Notes: generated by a model not told the origin, from the letters alone. A stretch of DNA of 64,000 nt from Ophelia neglecta (GCA_965285935.1 OZ260661.1:27156001-27220000); one strand, 5' to 3'. Positions 51,101 to 62,110 are shown, counted from the stretch's first letter. Numbers and translations: made by a program.

Positions 51101-54100
51101 GGTTTTGCAGTATTAATTTTTGTAGATAGGAACCTTTTTTTGTGGAAACCTGTAACACCAGTTTAACCAAGATCAGGGATACCCTTTTAAATGACATCTT
51201 TATGTCTGTTACTGTATTCAAGTAAGCTGAATTCCTAACCTTTAGACAGCAACTAACGTTCTTGAGAATTTCACAAGTAAATCTACATATATAAATATTT
51301 TGCAAATGTACATTCCTAGTGTGCCAATAGATGTACTGTAGTATTCACTGCATGACTGACTAGCTGCTATTTACTGAGAATAATTGACACAGGCAAATGA
51401 ACGTACCAAGGACAGTGGAACCTGCTTTAAAGACCACCTTAATAATTCAGACCACCTGTCAATTCAGACCACTAATATGAAGACACTGTGCACCTTCAAT
51501 GGAAAATAACCTGTCTTAACAGATCATCTCCATAATCAGACCAACATTTTACAGTCTTTTGGGCAGTCTCAATTCACAGGTTTCACTGTGTTTCATGAGA
51601 ATATTGTTGGCATATATTCAGATCAATATATACTACAGTTTATACAGGGATACATCCACGATGCCCATGAAGGCAGACATACTGTGAAAGTTGAAATATT
51701 GGCAGGTCATATTGATGGCATTTTTAGCCTCAAACCATAGTTGCAGCAATTTATTTTGCAGACCCAGGAATTGCAATGTAACTAAATTTTGTGCATATTT
51801 TGTTTATGTTGACAATCTATGTTAAATTATGATTTAAATTATGTGATTTGTATACACCATATCACATTGGCGGAGAATACTTACTGCTACACCTCTGACA
51901 TGTATAATCTGGTTTTTTGTCGACAAAGCTTGGTGCAGTAGAAACTGCTTTTAATATTGTGTACAATAGTCAGATATGTATAAAATATCACATATTAATT
52001 TTCTATCAGCACGAGTATCAGCCCCAGAATGTCCATATCAGCTAGCACAAGTCTGCAGAACGAGAGCTGATATAGCCAATTGGGTGCTGTACAAGTCCTG
52101 ATATGAAATTACCATGTGATATTTTGTTTATTACATTACTGAAGTAGAATTATTCCTGTACTAGATTTATTATGGATTGTAGGCTAGCTACTATCTCTAA
52201 ACCACAGAGACATTTTGTGTCCAAAATAAACCTAAACTATAAGTCAATGACAGAACACGTCTCTGATTATACTGTATGATGTCATTGTTTCCGGGAAGTT
52301 GCCTGGCTTTCCATTGTTGGCTAATCGCCGCCTTTTAAATATTTCATAGCAAATGACAAAGAATCATCCATGATAATAAATATAGGCATGGTAAAATCAA
52401 TATCAGCACACAAAACCATCCTTATAACCCCCCTCCCCCCCCCCCCCCCCTGTTGTGCGATAATCTCGATATGACCAGCTGAGGTTCTGTACTACTAATA
52501 ATTTGCCAATTAACTTGTTTTTAGTTTTTCAATAAAAATTAGCGCCACTTTTTTTTTTAGTGACGAGAATAATTGGCAAGGTTATTTGATAATTTGCCAG
52601 GAATCAATTATGCCGATGGAGTTGCCCTCGCAAATTTGGCATAATATAATGCAAGCAGTTTCCAATTCTACAGTAGCCCTGATTACGGCTTCCAGGCGGT
52701 CAAGGGGAAAGGCAGTTTATGTATTTAGGCCACTACAACCTTGTACTAGTATCTGATCAATGAGCACACAAGCTCAATTAAGACCCACTCATCCTGGCAC
52801 TGTGGAGAGGGCACTAGTGGGTACATGCTCATAATGTTCTTTCCTGTCATAAGCGCATGCCTTATAACACCTAATGATCAAGGCAGTGTCTAGATGGAAG
52901 GTTTCAGCTGAATGTCAGGCCTTTTTTCTGTAATATTAAGGGGCTTGTGCCTTATAAAGATTGGCTTAATGAAGACCTATTATTCAAGGCAGAGTCAGGG
53001 CTATCTTAGCTATCTTAATTAAGTACCTTACATTTCACTAAATACTAAAATAAAATCAATTCCATAATAAAACAGTTTTGTTGGTGAAATAGCCCCCCTC
53101 CCCCCCGAACTGACAAACACTCCCCCACCCCATCCCCCACACAACCATGCACACTGGCCACCTGGGGCTCATAGCCTTCATCCACAGGTACCATTACTTT
53201 ACTACAACCCATTTCAATAAAAAAAGTTTGTCCCAGACTATAAAACAACGTGACATTTGTGTCTAGGTTGGAAATAATCCCATACTGCTCTCTGCACTCT
53301 GGTCTAGACAACTTAAAATCATCTAACCTTACCAGATAAAACTACAACCTGGTGAGATGACCCCAGTGAAAGATGATAAACATAATCTTACCAGGTTGAT
53401 GACAACATCCAGCGGACACAAATAATGAGGGAATTATATGGTAAAAATACTAACAGGGAATTTCTAAAATAAAAGCAATTACGTGTACATGTACTGGTAA
53501 ATGAGGGTAATACTCTTCAAGACTTGACTTCGTGATAAATAAGCCATCTGAGATAAATGTGCAGTGGTCCCTGTGATGAAGGTACCCTCTGATGAAGGAA
53601 TTCCCTCTGACCACAGGACATTTTTCAATGCCCATGTCCTATCTTTCCTCACTGATGAAGGGACACCTGCTATGGAGGGACCCTTTTGCTTGGATGTAGA
53701 GGGATTTTACATGGCTTTCAACACTTGGATGCAGAGGTGTCCCTCCATCGCAGGGACCACTGTATATTTGTGCAGTTAAAGTTTATATTTATGTGTTCAT
53801 TGCCAATAGTCATTTTGCAACAACAACAGCAAAAATCTACGTTTGAATGGAATTTTTTTTAAATATTTCAATTTCTTGTTATTACAGCAAGTTTTTGCAA
53901 GCCAAAGACACAAGATCATTATTAAGCAGAGGTTATATTATAGTCTTGGGGTCATGTAGATGTACAGACCCTCAGCCACAACCAGCCAGGAGGAAGCAGT
54001 GTATGTAGTGTCTCGGGGCTGCCTCTTGACAGCTCAAGGCAGACGCAACTTGGAGGACATTCAAAGAGGCGGTTCCACACAGAGTGGGTTCGGGTAGCAA

Positions 54101-57100
54101 TGTCCCTAATCTCAAGTCTACTGTATTAAACAAATCAAATCATAATCTATGGAACAAATTTAAACCAGTTCTGTTGAGCAATTTTCACGCCCGATCCCAG
54201 TACATGTCTGTTGCACAGTACAAGCACAGTACAAGGAGACAATGTCAGAATTGTGGATGTCCGAATCACACTGTTGTCGCCTCCAAGATAATTATCAGAC
54301 ATACATTCAGTCATTTGACCATTGCATGCAGTACAGATTCCTGATTGTAAATTGCTCTTGAGCGTCAGGTACTAGTACTGATTTAACCCCGATAGCCCCT
54401 TACTAAGACCTTGTGGATCCCGCCCATTTCTCCTGATTGATTTTAGCATACATGTACATGTAGGTGTTGATTGCTGGGTGAGACAGGGTGCTCCATTGAT
54501 CCTACCGCAAATTTAAACCTCACATAAAGATGGCTAAAAGACCTTGAAGGCATTGCACAGAATCAGAGTCAGAATAGAGAGCCTTGAAACTAACATGCAA
54601 GAGCAATTACTTGGTGTTATTAATACTATGTACTTGTCTCTTCACATGTGCAATATAATTTTGCCATAATTTGATGTTCAAAAACCAGAAAAGAGGATTA
54701 AAATGTCAAAACCCAACTGAATTGGTAAAAAAATGAAAAGACGCAATTGTTAAAAAATATTCTGGTGGACAAAAAAGAATTTCAGAATATTTACAGAGCA
54801 CAGACAAGTTTATTTACTGAAGTTTCTCTGCAACACACTTTCTGTACATATTCTGTCAATGCTAGTAAACTATATGAATTGACAGGCAGTTTTTTTTGGT
54901 AGTCAAATTTGCACACGTTGGACAAGATGCTGGCCAGTCATCTGAGAACAGCTAAAATGGTAAATAGTATTTACCACAGACTCTTCTCATTTTAAATAGT
55001 ATTTACCACAGACTCTTCTCATTTCAATGAAGTCAAGCTGAAGCCAATGTCGCCCATAAAGATACCACTGCATCATCTGATTGCATACACATGCAGGTAG
55101 GTACTCAATTACAGTGATGGGATTGAGATAAAAATGGTGTTAGGCTGCTAGGGTTGAAGCCCCTGGAAATATTAGCCCAGAGGTAAAGCCATTAGCCCAG
55201 TTAATGCAACCATCGAGGCCTTATGTTACAGAACCACCCTTTTAAATATACAGTAATATAGTACCTGGCTAACTGTTTAATTTTGCTTACAGTGACAAGT
55301 ATTTTGTTTCACCTGGGCTAATGTTTCTATGAGGTTGCACTATGTGACCTACAGATATCCAAACTCCAAAATCATTAGCCATTGTTGATTGGTGATAGAG
55401 TGATAGCCAAGGTTCATCACAGTCTAATCAATAGGTATATAGTACATCATGGCACTGTACATTCTTATCAGACAAGAATGGTCATCACCACTATAACTGG
55501 CTCAATTGTTTAGTTGGATATTTTCATAGTACAGTGAAACATGTATATTAAGACCACCAAAGGCACTGGAGAATACTGGTCTGATTTTTGAGGTGTTCTG
55601 TTTAGACAGGTTATTTACCAATTGGAAGTATACAGCAACATCATATTCAATGGTGGTCTGCATTGACAGGTGGTCTGATTATAGGGGTGTTTAAGACAGG
55701 TTTCACTGTATATCCATAAATACAGGAGGTCAGAAAGTATTGCAACAATTAGTTAATGGGCACTATAAATGACTGGTTGGTTAAGTCAAATTCAAATGCA
55801 CTTTGGGCCATTAAATTTTGCCACTATGCACTCACAAATATATCGGCAGGAACTGCCTGAAGTTTTGAGAAGCCATAATATTAAGAAAAAAATGAAACTG
55901 AGTTCATGTAATGCTATTCTGGAGTTGTCTTTTTTTTTTACCAGGGGTGAGTATGGTATTGAATTATAAACTCAAACTACATACATGTATATAGCATGGT
56001 AATTAATGTAATAAAACCTGAACATGAAGATACAATCAAGGTAAATGACAGTTCAGGTAACACCACAGGGTTTACAGTGGCCTACTTAGTACACATAATA
56101 ATTTGGCATTTATTTTAAACGGGTATACTCAAAATGTGCCACAAGGTTGTCATTTTCAGTGTTTTTAGTTATCTATCTATGTTCTGGCCTAAAGAGGGCC
56201 ATTAGCTTGCCAGATTTAAATAAAATCCAAAAATAAGCTATGATTTTGAGAATTTCCCATTGTGCTTTTTATGAATGACCTAGACCCAACTTTTTTTTCT
56301 AGATCAATAATAATACAGCTACTCTATTTAATATATTAATCAAAGTATCAAAGTATAAGTATTCAAATATATTTATCTACCATCTAGCTGATAAGCAGTA
56401 TCAATATGGATTCACCTTCCTTCGCCAAACATGAATTTTATTTCTTTGTACTGGAAACTGGTAGTATTTGCATGACACGGCTCGGGTAAATCAAGGCCTA
56501 TGGTTGGTAAGATTTTGGTAGACTCATGAATCAATCGTGGAAACTAAGCACGATATCCCGAGACCTGCAGTGAGTAAATATCACTCAAGCTGCTAGCCAA
56601 ATATATTCCAACCTTGGTAAACAACAATCTTTGCGATGTAAATATCTATCAAGAAGCTAGCCTACAGTGGAACAACTCCCCGAGAATTCAGACAGGCTGT
56701 CTTTGCTATAGGACTAAAGGCAACAGAGCACTTTTTAGGAGTTTATTAAATATTATTCAATTGACTTTTGAACTATAGGTCCTAAATGCAATTATAATAT
56801 CCTAAAGATAGAGTACTGTGGTTTAATAACTAGTAAATTGTGTAGTATCATAATACTACATATACATATGTGTACATGTGCTACACATACATGTACATGT
56901 ACATGTGAATGTGACATGATTTTACCAGGCCACAGGCATGTCCTGTAACATATATTGCCTATGATTCAAATGATTTATACATGAGACACCTATAAACATG
57001 AATATCCGCTGTACATGGCCAGAGATAATTTAAATGTACTAGTTAGCGATGGTGTGAGTGAGAGATAATCCCGATGTATTATTTGTTCCTGGCTGTTGAT

Positions 57101-60100
57101 CACGACCAAACAGAGTATCAAACACAAAACACCCTCATTTTAAACTGAATATACATGTACATAATTATTTGCAATGCAATCATAAAACCATCAAGTTTTA
57201 GCACTGCATATCCACTGTAATGGCCAAACTGTCTGCAGGAATTTTTTCATGAATTTTGGGAAGAAGATAAAAACCAGAAAAGAAATTCTAAGGTAGTCCA
57301 TAATAATAAAAACATATCACGATCAGAAATGCCTTGAGCATATTTCTAATAAATATTAATTTCAATATTGAACAAAAATTTGCAAACAATAACTCCAACA
57401 TACATTTGCCCGGTTGCGCAATTTCCTGGACAAAAATATGTTTACCATGATATCATTTGATATGCAATTGGAATGACACCATAAAGCAAGATTCCAACTG
57501 TTAAATTGTAATCATGAACAGACTTGAACATGTACAGCTGTCAAACTTTGATAAAGATCATTATCAGTTATAATCATCAACCAATAAATATACATAGTGT
57601 ATACCTTTATATATAAATATTGATTTAACAGGTAGGCCTCTAAGCTAGCACATATTACAGGAAAACAAAGGTAAACATAATGAAAAGTTAAATAATGGCA
57701 CAGTGCTCAAGGGTTGGACTTTCAATATGACACTTCTCATTCCATTACTGGCACATTATTGATAATTAGGCCACAGCATGGCATTTTGCTAATGAGCTTG
57801 ACCATGTGGACACTTACCAAGTGCAGGACAATAAATAGCCGATAAAAAGGCATGATATATTTATCAGCTGCTGAAGTCATTAAAGACAGTGTCTGCATAA
57901 TGGGATTAGATATTAAAAGGGACATTCCATATGTTACCTCCATGAATTGAAAATTATTAATTGGCAATATTGATTTCAGACAAGATGGTCATAGTAAATT
58001 CACACTGTACATATATATTCTATACTATAAAATGACAAGTGTTCATTATTATACTTAATTGTATTGTTTTCCAATGATTAACCATTTTGCTAGGATTAAA
58101 ATTGGCAGATTAGAACCATATTAATATGAGCCTAATTAATGGGGGGGGGGGGGGAGACTGTAACTTTAAATTAGAATTTGGGGAGTGATACTGTTTACTA
58201 ATTATACTGCTGGGAAATATTTGTCATTTCACAGTAATTACAGGTAGTTGACCCATTTTGGGAAGACTTCATAACTCAATCCTTATAAGACCTATACTTA
58301 ATCTAAATTTTGATGAAGAAAGGGAAGTGACAAATCAGCTGGCTTCATCACTCATAGATTGCACATTTGTAAAGATGCTTTATTATTCTATTAAAAATGC
58401 CAATAATATTCTATTACTCAAATAGCAATGCTATGAATTAACACATTGGGGCTAGACCAGCTACACTTCTGTTCAACAAAACACAACTCTGTAGCTACAA
58501 GTTGTCCAGGACCCTCATTTGTCACATTCAGTTTTTAGGTGTTAATAGCAGACTGGTTTATGAACCAGGAGACAGGTTACAAGAACCACTCTCAGTGGTA
58601 CTGCCCATTCACTGCTGTAATCTATCAGTTGAAAAGCACCCACCCATCATAATTTGACCATGAACACCTTGAAGTTGACCACCCTTTTCACATACACGTG
58701 TGATTACTAGATCTTTGATGAGTGGGTGATCAATGGAGGGGGGGGGGGGGGGGAGGGGAGGGAGGGGGAGCAGACTTAAAGCAGCTAGGGCCTCAGAATC
58801 AGCTGATGATTAAAATTGCAATTGAATATAGTGAGGTGGGCAGTACCACATGCATGGGGTTTTACCAATGGCGGGCACCACCACTGGCAAGGGTTCTACA
58901 TTTAGTCCACCAGCAAGGGCAGAAAATTACAGACCATCAGCTCTTTCTGATTTGAGATCTATAAGGAATATGCTACAGTTATGGAAGTATCCTGAGGAGA
59001 ATAACAGGTTAATAACAAAAGGCACTTAGATTTACATTCAAAACATCTGATCATGTGCCAACCAGAAGCTAGTCAGCTCCCTGTCATGCATACAGCATGT
59101 GAATGTAGTCCAAAGATGCAACTTTGCCAAGATAAACGGTAGTATATTGACCGCCAATTGTTTTGTATAATTGGTTAAATCAGACTTGGTGTTTAGGAAT
59201 CTGGTCCTGAACTGTCACTGGTAGAAGGCCACTCCAAGATCAACAAGTTTATCTTCCAATTTGGTGGAATCAATAAGAGGTAATCATCTGTGATTTGAGA
59301 ATCAAAAGCACAGAAGCTGGGGAAATTAGTTCAATATCTGAGGTTTTTCCTTGCCAATTTTGCAGGGCTCTGTAGTTCTGTCTACCATGTGTCATGTTTG
59401 GCAGTGATTAGATTCATAGTGGGTGAATAAATCTTTAGATCAATTGACAATGGGAGATATTGGTGATTGAAGAAAACGACAAGCATAGGCGTGTAGTAAC
59501 TTACTCTTTATGCTTCTAAAAAAAAATACAGCTTGCAAAAAGTGCTTATGCCTATAAATAATGTATACATGCATGTGCATGCTTAAGGTAATGACTTAAC
59601 CACTAGCTTTTAAGCTGAGTGGAAAACAGCCTTGGCCATGTAGAAGACAGTTGGCCATGCAGAAACCTAACTCCTAACTATGCACTGAATTACTTCACTG
59701 ATTTTTCTGTAGTCACGATTTGTAATAAATCTACACCTAGGGGGTTCTTTTTAAATGGAGCTGGTGGGACTTCTAGTAAAATAGGTGGAGAAGAAGGCAA
59801 GTGTCACAGCCGTTTAGTCTAAGCAGGATGTAGGAGTTGCCAGCGATTAGTACTGTTATAGGTGTTTAAAATTGCAGGTCTTTGGCGGAAAAGTCACACC
59901 CTGTACATTTACAAATTGTACAGAGCAATGAACCCAATTAAGTGAATTAACATTGATGTAATGGAAAAATGTGCTTTCCTAATCTTTGCCTTATCCCACT
60001 TATGTGTTGAGTGAGTGCACATACATCATGTACATGCATTGGATCACATATCAGGAAAAAATACAAATTTCAAGCCCTGGAAACAAACACTTGTTCTTGA

Positions 60101-61483
60101 TACTTCTTCATCATGCCTTTAAGATATGAAAGTTCAACATGTTTATCTAATGCAGGAATCATGATGTTCATTCAAATTGTGTCCAAATATAGGACAAAGT
60201 CTAGTTATGACACAGCTCTTTGGTCATGTACCCATGAATGTCAAGGTGCCATTAAAGATTCAGTGCATTATCAGATAGGCTTCGCTGGTAATGGCATGGG
60301 GTGCATTGTGTAAAAATGATTAGTAGTCTAGCACTCTACATGTATGTGGCCTTCAAATATTCCAGTTGTGAGTGAGAGCTTCCCTCTATTAAAGTGCAGT
60401 GTTGTATATGTAATGTTCACTAAAATGCCAAGACATTTCAGCATTCAAATGGTTTATTTTATCTCAAGTACTGATGTTCACATACAACATTATCACATAC
60501 ATGTATATGTTGACACCAGATGTTATTCGGAAAAATATATACTTAAGTGCAGATTACATATGGAAGAGAATTAGCCTGAATTATTAATTAGGGGTAAATG
60601 CCATTAGACTCCCATTCTTGAATTGGGTTTGGGGTGGGCATATGGGACCCCAGCAGTGTCAATTTCCACGTATAAACTTACCCCCCCCCCCCCCCAAATC
60701 AAAATTGTTGTTGCTCTTTCCCTGCAATCCCCAGAGTTATTTATTAAAAGGAGTTACATTACCTGAAGTGTCAGGACTTCTCCTTTTCTTTTCCTTCCTG
60801 CCTTCGGGTTTGGTAAAAGTCGGGGCAGCCTGTGTCTCGACAGCATGAGTAATCCTAATTTCCTCTGTGACAACTACTTCTGCAGCTTCTTCTTGTTTTT
60901 TTGCCTCTCTTTCTTTTTTCTTCTTCTCTTTCTTGTCAGGAACTGGGTCAACCATCGCAGCTGAGGGTAGTGCATCCTTGGCCAAGTGTTCAGCTCCGGA
61001 TAAACGTCTTTCACGCTCATGCTTCAGTTCAACATCATCCTTGGGAGGCTTGACAGGGTGGAAAACGTCGGCAGCAACCGTCGTCTTGGAAACTAGGCTC
61101 TTCTCAGCTTTGTTCACCAGAATGGATTTACCAGCTTTCCTTTTTCTTGGAGTAGTATGGGCTGGTTCTGCAGTTGGCTCGATGATTTCAGGATCAGGTT
61201 CAATTTCCACCATCTTGTGCTCAAAATGATCAGTGAACTGTGAGCTTTTATCCTCTGTCTTGTCAATGACAGGCTTTTCTTTTTCTTTACCTTTCTTGTG
61301 AGCCTTCTTCTTCTTTTTGTCTTTCGTCTGGGCTGGCTTTCCAAGCAGTTCTTCATGCTGCTTGCGCTGTTCTTCTAGAACTTCCTCATAGGTCTTCTCG
61401 CGCATACAAAATGTTGTGATTAGCAAAATCAGTGTGATGCAAATAAATGCTGCAATTCCAATGAATACGGTTTGCAAATCCAT
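424..61483 (-). CDS. RRBP1: Kinectin / ribosome-binding protein 1 (KTN1/RRBP1, p180) family ER membrane coiled-coil protein; 22 coding exons in window, 3'-partial (continues left of position 424)
   Basis: Manually spliced GT-AG exons with matching phases (5232 nt, ~1744 aa). N-terminal TM followed by MREKTYEEVLEEQRK and a KKKK tract; family motifs KGDPTFALKKQLEEKE and EAQRKKNNDLRQKNWKAMDAL. Probably a single invertebrate co-orthologue of vertebrate KTN1 and RRBP1, so the symbol is approximate. Confidence 0.88.
2498..2997. repeat. 28-bp minisatellite, ~18 copies (ACACTAGTGCCACACTTGACCCACTGTA)
   Basis: Near-perfect head-to-tail units, no spacers. Confidence 0.97.
3234..3359 (-). CDS. RRBP1: Exon 21 (KAEAALQQNSTTTSNLRGILSKKDTMNERLTKELGSQKLKLK)
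   Basis: tttgttcccag| ... |GTAAGC, 126 nt, phase 0-0; not in the ORF track. Confidence 0.75.
4728..4964 (-). CDS. RRBP1: Exon 20 (ELKVTIDEMSHTRVDFERQPSDPSS...LAQKEEALR)
   Basis: ccatctcag| ... |GTAGGA, 237 nt, phase 0-0. Confidence 0.78.
5817..5972 (-). CDS. RRBP1: Exon 19, coiled-coil module (DLRLGCEQ...ELNAKASEVHRLQSTIETKDSQIR)
   Basis: ttccaag| ... |GTAAGA, 156 nt; an alternative in-frame acceptor gives an exon start at 6008. Confidence 0.72.
6808..6951 (-). CDS. RRBP1: Exon 18, coiled-coil module (DVQELRQKLEEAEQ...VIKKENS)
   Basis: tctatgcag| ... |GTAAGC, 144 nt, phase 0-0. Confidence 0.83.
7561..9093 (-). CDS. RRBP1: Exon 17, giant 511-codon repetitive coiled-coil exon
   Basis: ccttcgtag|GAG TTA CAG ... 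AAT CAT|GTAAGA; 1533 nt open, phase 0-0; matches ORF 7483..9072. Confidence 0.88.
9209..9290. repeat. Short ~21-bp tandem repeat built of ACATGT/TGTACA palindromes
   Basis: tgcttgtgacatgtgtacaca x ~4. Confidence 0.75.
9626..9784 (-). CDS. RRBP1: Exon 16, coiled-coil module (ALNEQITQLSAEE...TAKKTCE)
   Basis: long polypyrimidine tract then gtgaag| ... |GTAAGC, 159 nt, phase 0-0. Confidence 0.78.
9841..10334. mobile_element. Non-autonomous DNA transposon with 19-bp TIRs and an internal GC-rich 112-bp tandem repeat
   Basis: AATGCTGGCGGATTTAGGA at 9841 and TCCTAGATCCGCCAACATT ending 10334; repeat units start 10026, 10138, 10250. Confidence 0.7.
10814..10969 (-). CDS. RRBP1: Exon 15, coiled-coil module (DLQQSHVDLAKSQEEQ...LLQKNNS)
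   Basis: tttttttctcggtgatcag| ... |GTAAGA, 156 nt, phase 0-0. Confidence 0.82.
12367..12492 (-). CDS. RRBP1: Exon 14, divergent module, probable cassette (DLRAERRNDCAAADQLSQLQAGLANKTAAMVQLREETFGLRY)
   Basis: ggccag| ... |GTGAGC, 126 nt, phase 0-0, GC-rich. Confidence 0.62.
13594..13728 (-). CDS. RRBP1: Exon 13, coiled-coil module (SLSEKLGSADASHSHSADLEAQVQEKEARL...QKENS)
   Basis: tttttcag| ... |GTAAGC, 135 nt, phase 0-0; not in the ORF track. Confidence 0.8.
15530..15617. repeat. 12-bp tandem repeat (GACAAGATGGCT), ~7 copies
   Basis: Direct reading. Confidence 0.85.
15750..15980. repeat. Degenerate tandem repeat (TAGGGTACCTAGTGTGCCA-like)
   Basis: ~7 diverged copies of agggtacc / tagtgtgcca. 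Confidence 0.7.
16577..16726 (-). CDS. RRBP1: Exon 12, coiled-coil module (QLEEEHKLSLEAKL...SALKEEKN)
   Basis: ttttcag| ... |GTAAGC, 150 nt, phase 0-0. Confidence 0.82.
17026..17441. repeat. 32-bp minisatellite, 13 copies (ATGAGGTCAAACCTAGCCAATACATGTATCAC)
   Basis: Near-perfect tandem units. Confidence 0.97.
17963..18124 (-). CDS. RRBP1: Coding exon 11 (DLRQKNWKAMDALSQMEK...AKHKKY)
   Basis: tcacag| acceptor, TAT|GTAAGG donor, phase 0 to 0; hallmark DLR.KNW.AM.AL motif of KTN1/RRBP1. Confidence 0.92.
19277..19388 (-). CDS. RRBP1: Coding exon 10 (LGEKDSEVCNLQDELKAKLAEL...EAQRKKNN)
   Basis: ttattttag| acceptor, AAT|GTGAGT donor, phase 2 to 0; conserved QRKKNN. Confidence 0.9.
19892..20061 (-). 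CDS. RRBP1: Coding exon 9 (TLRQENHSLLTQLQTVKERTAGEG...SMHEK)
   Basis: aaacag| acceptor, AT|GTAGGT donor, phase 0 to 2. Confidence 0.85.
20660..20836 (-). CDS. RRBP1: Coding exon 8 (EMAKLRERITMMESS...EKDRDIQ)
   Basis: ttaccag| acceptor, CAG|GTCTGT donor (weak, but needed for phase 0 of the next exon). Confidence 0.83.
21373..21504 (-). CDS. RRBP1: Coding exon 7 (KDAENVLSRKLKETEEQLRRAESRN...QADK)
   Basis: taatag| acceptor, AAG|GTAGGT donor, phase 0 to 0. Confidence 0.87.
22537..22711 (-). CDS. RRBP1: Coding exon 6 (HLRNSTMEMGNMQSQLKIMQDE...QLEAGK)
   Basis: ttcctgcag| acceptor, AAA|GTGAGG donor, phase 2 to 0. Confidence 0.87.
23592..23734 (-). CDS. RRBP1: Coding exon 5 (DRMTHTAEQHRIE...RQLQEDNQRLQAEA)
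   Basis: ttccag| acceptor, GC|GTAAGT donor, phase 0 to 2; GC-rich coding island. Confidence 0.88.
24998..25180. mobile_element. MITE family A copy (Tc1/mariner-pogo type; TIR CAGTGAAACCTG, TA TSD)
   Basis: TIRs, flanking TA, internal AGACCAC repeats; 7 copies in window. Confidence 0.85.
25434..25576 (-). CDS. RRBP1: Coding exon 4 (EQSQGHAASTKVKELKEQVHQEK...EIKALQ)
   Basis: ttttttag| acceptor, CAG|GTAATA donor, phase 1 to 0. Confidence 0.9.
29446..29622. mobile_element. MITE family A copy
   Basis: TA|CAGTGGAACCTG...CAGGTTTCACTG|TA. Confidence 0.88.
32382..32454 (-). CDS. RRBP1: Coding exon 3 (KPQKGDPTFALKKQLEEKERALQE)
   Basis: tcctag| acceptor, G|GTAACC donor, phase 0 to 1; conserved KGDP..LK.QLEEKE motif. 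Confidence 0.92.
32563..33140. repeat. Compound tandem repeat: conserved ~45-bp core separated by variable poly-G linkers (6 full + 2 partial units)
   Basis: AAATCACTTGGCAGGCTCTCAGCCCTTGTAAAAGGTCTCTGAT + G-runs + CTGATAGGGAAGGGG. Confidence 0.92.
35326..35503. mobile_element. MITE family B copy (TIR CAGTGGTCCCTGC), diverged
   Basis: TA|CAGCAGGCCCTGCAATG ... CATTGCAGGGACCACT; similar ends to 53562-53762. Confidence 0.65.
36157..36516 (-). mobile_element. tRNA-derived SINE (Meta/MESC-like core) with (CAA)n tail and 10-bp TSD
   Basis: Minus strand: A box TGCCGAGTGG, B box GGTTCAAACC, central GGACTGG...GTCAGTATAATGTGAC, (CAA)n tail; TSD ATCTTAAGGG at 36147-36156 and 36517-36526. Confidence 0.9.
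36752..37120. repeat. 23-bp minisatellite, ~16 copies (TCATGTGAGGTGGAGGAGACAGA)
   Basis: Direct reading. Confidence 0.96.
37981..38158. mobile_element. MITE family A copy
   Basis: TA|CAGTGAAACCTG...CAGGTTTCACTG|TA, perfect TIRs. Confidence 0.9.
38302..38438 (-). CDS. RRBP1: Coding exon 2 (DGVSDSSKMVEAIRMAPLSDADIQHLIDVLLSKQ...EWTQ)
   Basis: tcttgcttgcag| acceptor, CAG|GTAAGT donor, phase 1 to 0; LS..EIQ.LI..L-type motif of the family. Confidence 0.9.
40385..40545. mobile_element. MITE family A copy
   Basis: Diverged TIRs, same internal sequence. Confidence 0.82.
43247..43342. repeat. Perfect inverted repeat, 47-bp arms with 2-nt spacer
   Basis: CATAGGCTGTCG...CCAATAAGC tc GCTTATTGG...CGACAGCCTATG. 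Confidence 0.97.
44949..45199. mobile_element. MITE family C copy (TIR CAGGGGTCTACACTAACT, 5-bp TSD CAAAA)
   Basis: 18-bp TIRs; reverse-complement homologue of 48432-48681. Confidence 0.88.
48432..48681. mobile_element. MITE family C copy (5-bp TSD TCAAA)
   Basis: Perfect 18-bp TIRs; TCAAA at 48427-48431 and 48682-48686. Confidence 0.9.
50847..50949. mobile_element. MITE family A copy, internally deleted
   Basis: Both ends retained, ~103 bp. Confidence 0.8.
51413..51588. mobile_element. MITE family A copy
   Basis: CAGTGGAACCTG...CAGGTTTCACTG. Confidence 0.85.
51982..52125. repeat. Imperfect long hairpin (~60-bp arms), probable palindromic MITE relic
   Basis: AAAATATCACAT...ATATCAGCT / AGCTGATAT...ATGTGATATTTT. 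Confidence 0.75.
53562..53762. mobile_element. MITE family B copy
   Basis: CAGTGGTCCCTGTGATG ... CATCGCAGGGACCACTG|TA; internal GATGAAGG repeats. Confidence 0.78.
55532..55708. mobile_element. MITE family A copy
   Basis: TA|CAGTGAAACATG...CAGGTTTCACTG|TA. Confidence 0.85.
60763..61483 (-). CDS. RRBP1: Coding exon 1: signal-anchor TM helix, Lys-rich ribosome-receptor-type region
   Basis: ORF MDLQTVFIGIAAFICITLILLITTFCMREKTYEEVLEEQRK...; Kozak-like caaaaacATGG; donor TCAG|GTAATG, phase 1. Confidence 0.93.
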
Positions 61484-61719
61484 GTTTTTGCCGGATATGA
61501 TGCCAAACTGGTGGAATCTTATTTATCGGTCAATGATTCAACTAGCAGACAGTAGACAGACTATATGACATTGAAATGGGACAGGCCTGGGGCTTTTTTT
61601 TAAACAAACTATAGGTCTTAAGACCATATGGCACATCCTTCAGTTCTTTATCAACCAAACACTTACTATACTACAAACCAAATTCTGTTCTAAAACTTCA
61701 GTACTCCTTTGTGTGTCGT

Positions 61720-62110
61720 GCAAATCCGATGTTATTCCGTAGATAGAGATGTAAGTCACTGTCAAATCAACGTGGGATGTCACGTTGTCTCGCTAGAAGA
61801 CTACCAGAACCGGTTCGTCTGAGTTTGACAGGGCAGCACTTCTGAGCCAGACGACTGGACAAGCGGCTTGTCAGTTGGCCGTCTCGGGGATGGAGGGCTG
61901 AGAATACTTGCTGGAGGTAAATATCAGGTATACGGGGACTGGTGAGTTTTCGCCCGGGCAAATTTCACAGCTGCGAGCTCGTCTTACAACGTGGAGTGGT
62001 TTGTGTCCAATCAATATCTTGTAAGTCTACGTGTCCGACATTATTATGTACATCGAACCGGAACACGCCTACCGCTGCTTGCAACAAGGTCTTTGATTGG
62101 CCTACAATTT
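61720..62110 (-). promoter_or_regulatory. Putative promoter / 5' UTR region of the KTN1/RRBP1-like gene
   Basis: Locally CpG-rich stretch just upstream of the ATG in an otherwise CpG-poor window; GGCCAATCA (CCAAT box) on the minus strand near 62095-62102. Confidence 0.5.

Noticed and set aside
54963-55023. ~32-bp direct duplication (similar ones near 26635-26697 and 43710-43755)
   Set aside because: Ordinary local slippage duplications
60867-61229. Plus-strand ORFs antisense to exons (also 8471-8884, 4657-4968, 22441-22707, 38318-38524)
   Set aside because: Shadow frames of Glu/Lys/Gln-rich coding exons; Ser/Phe-rich with no independent support
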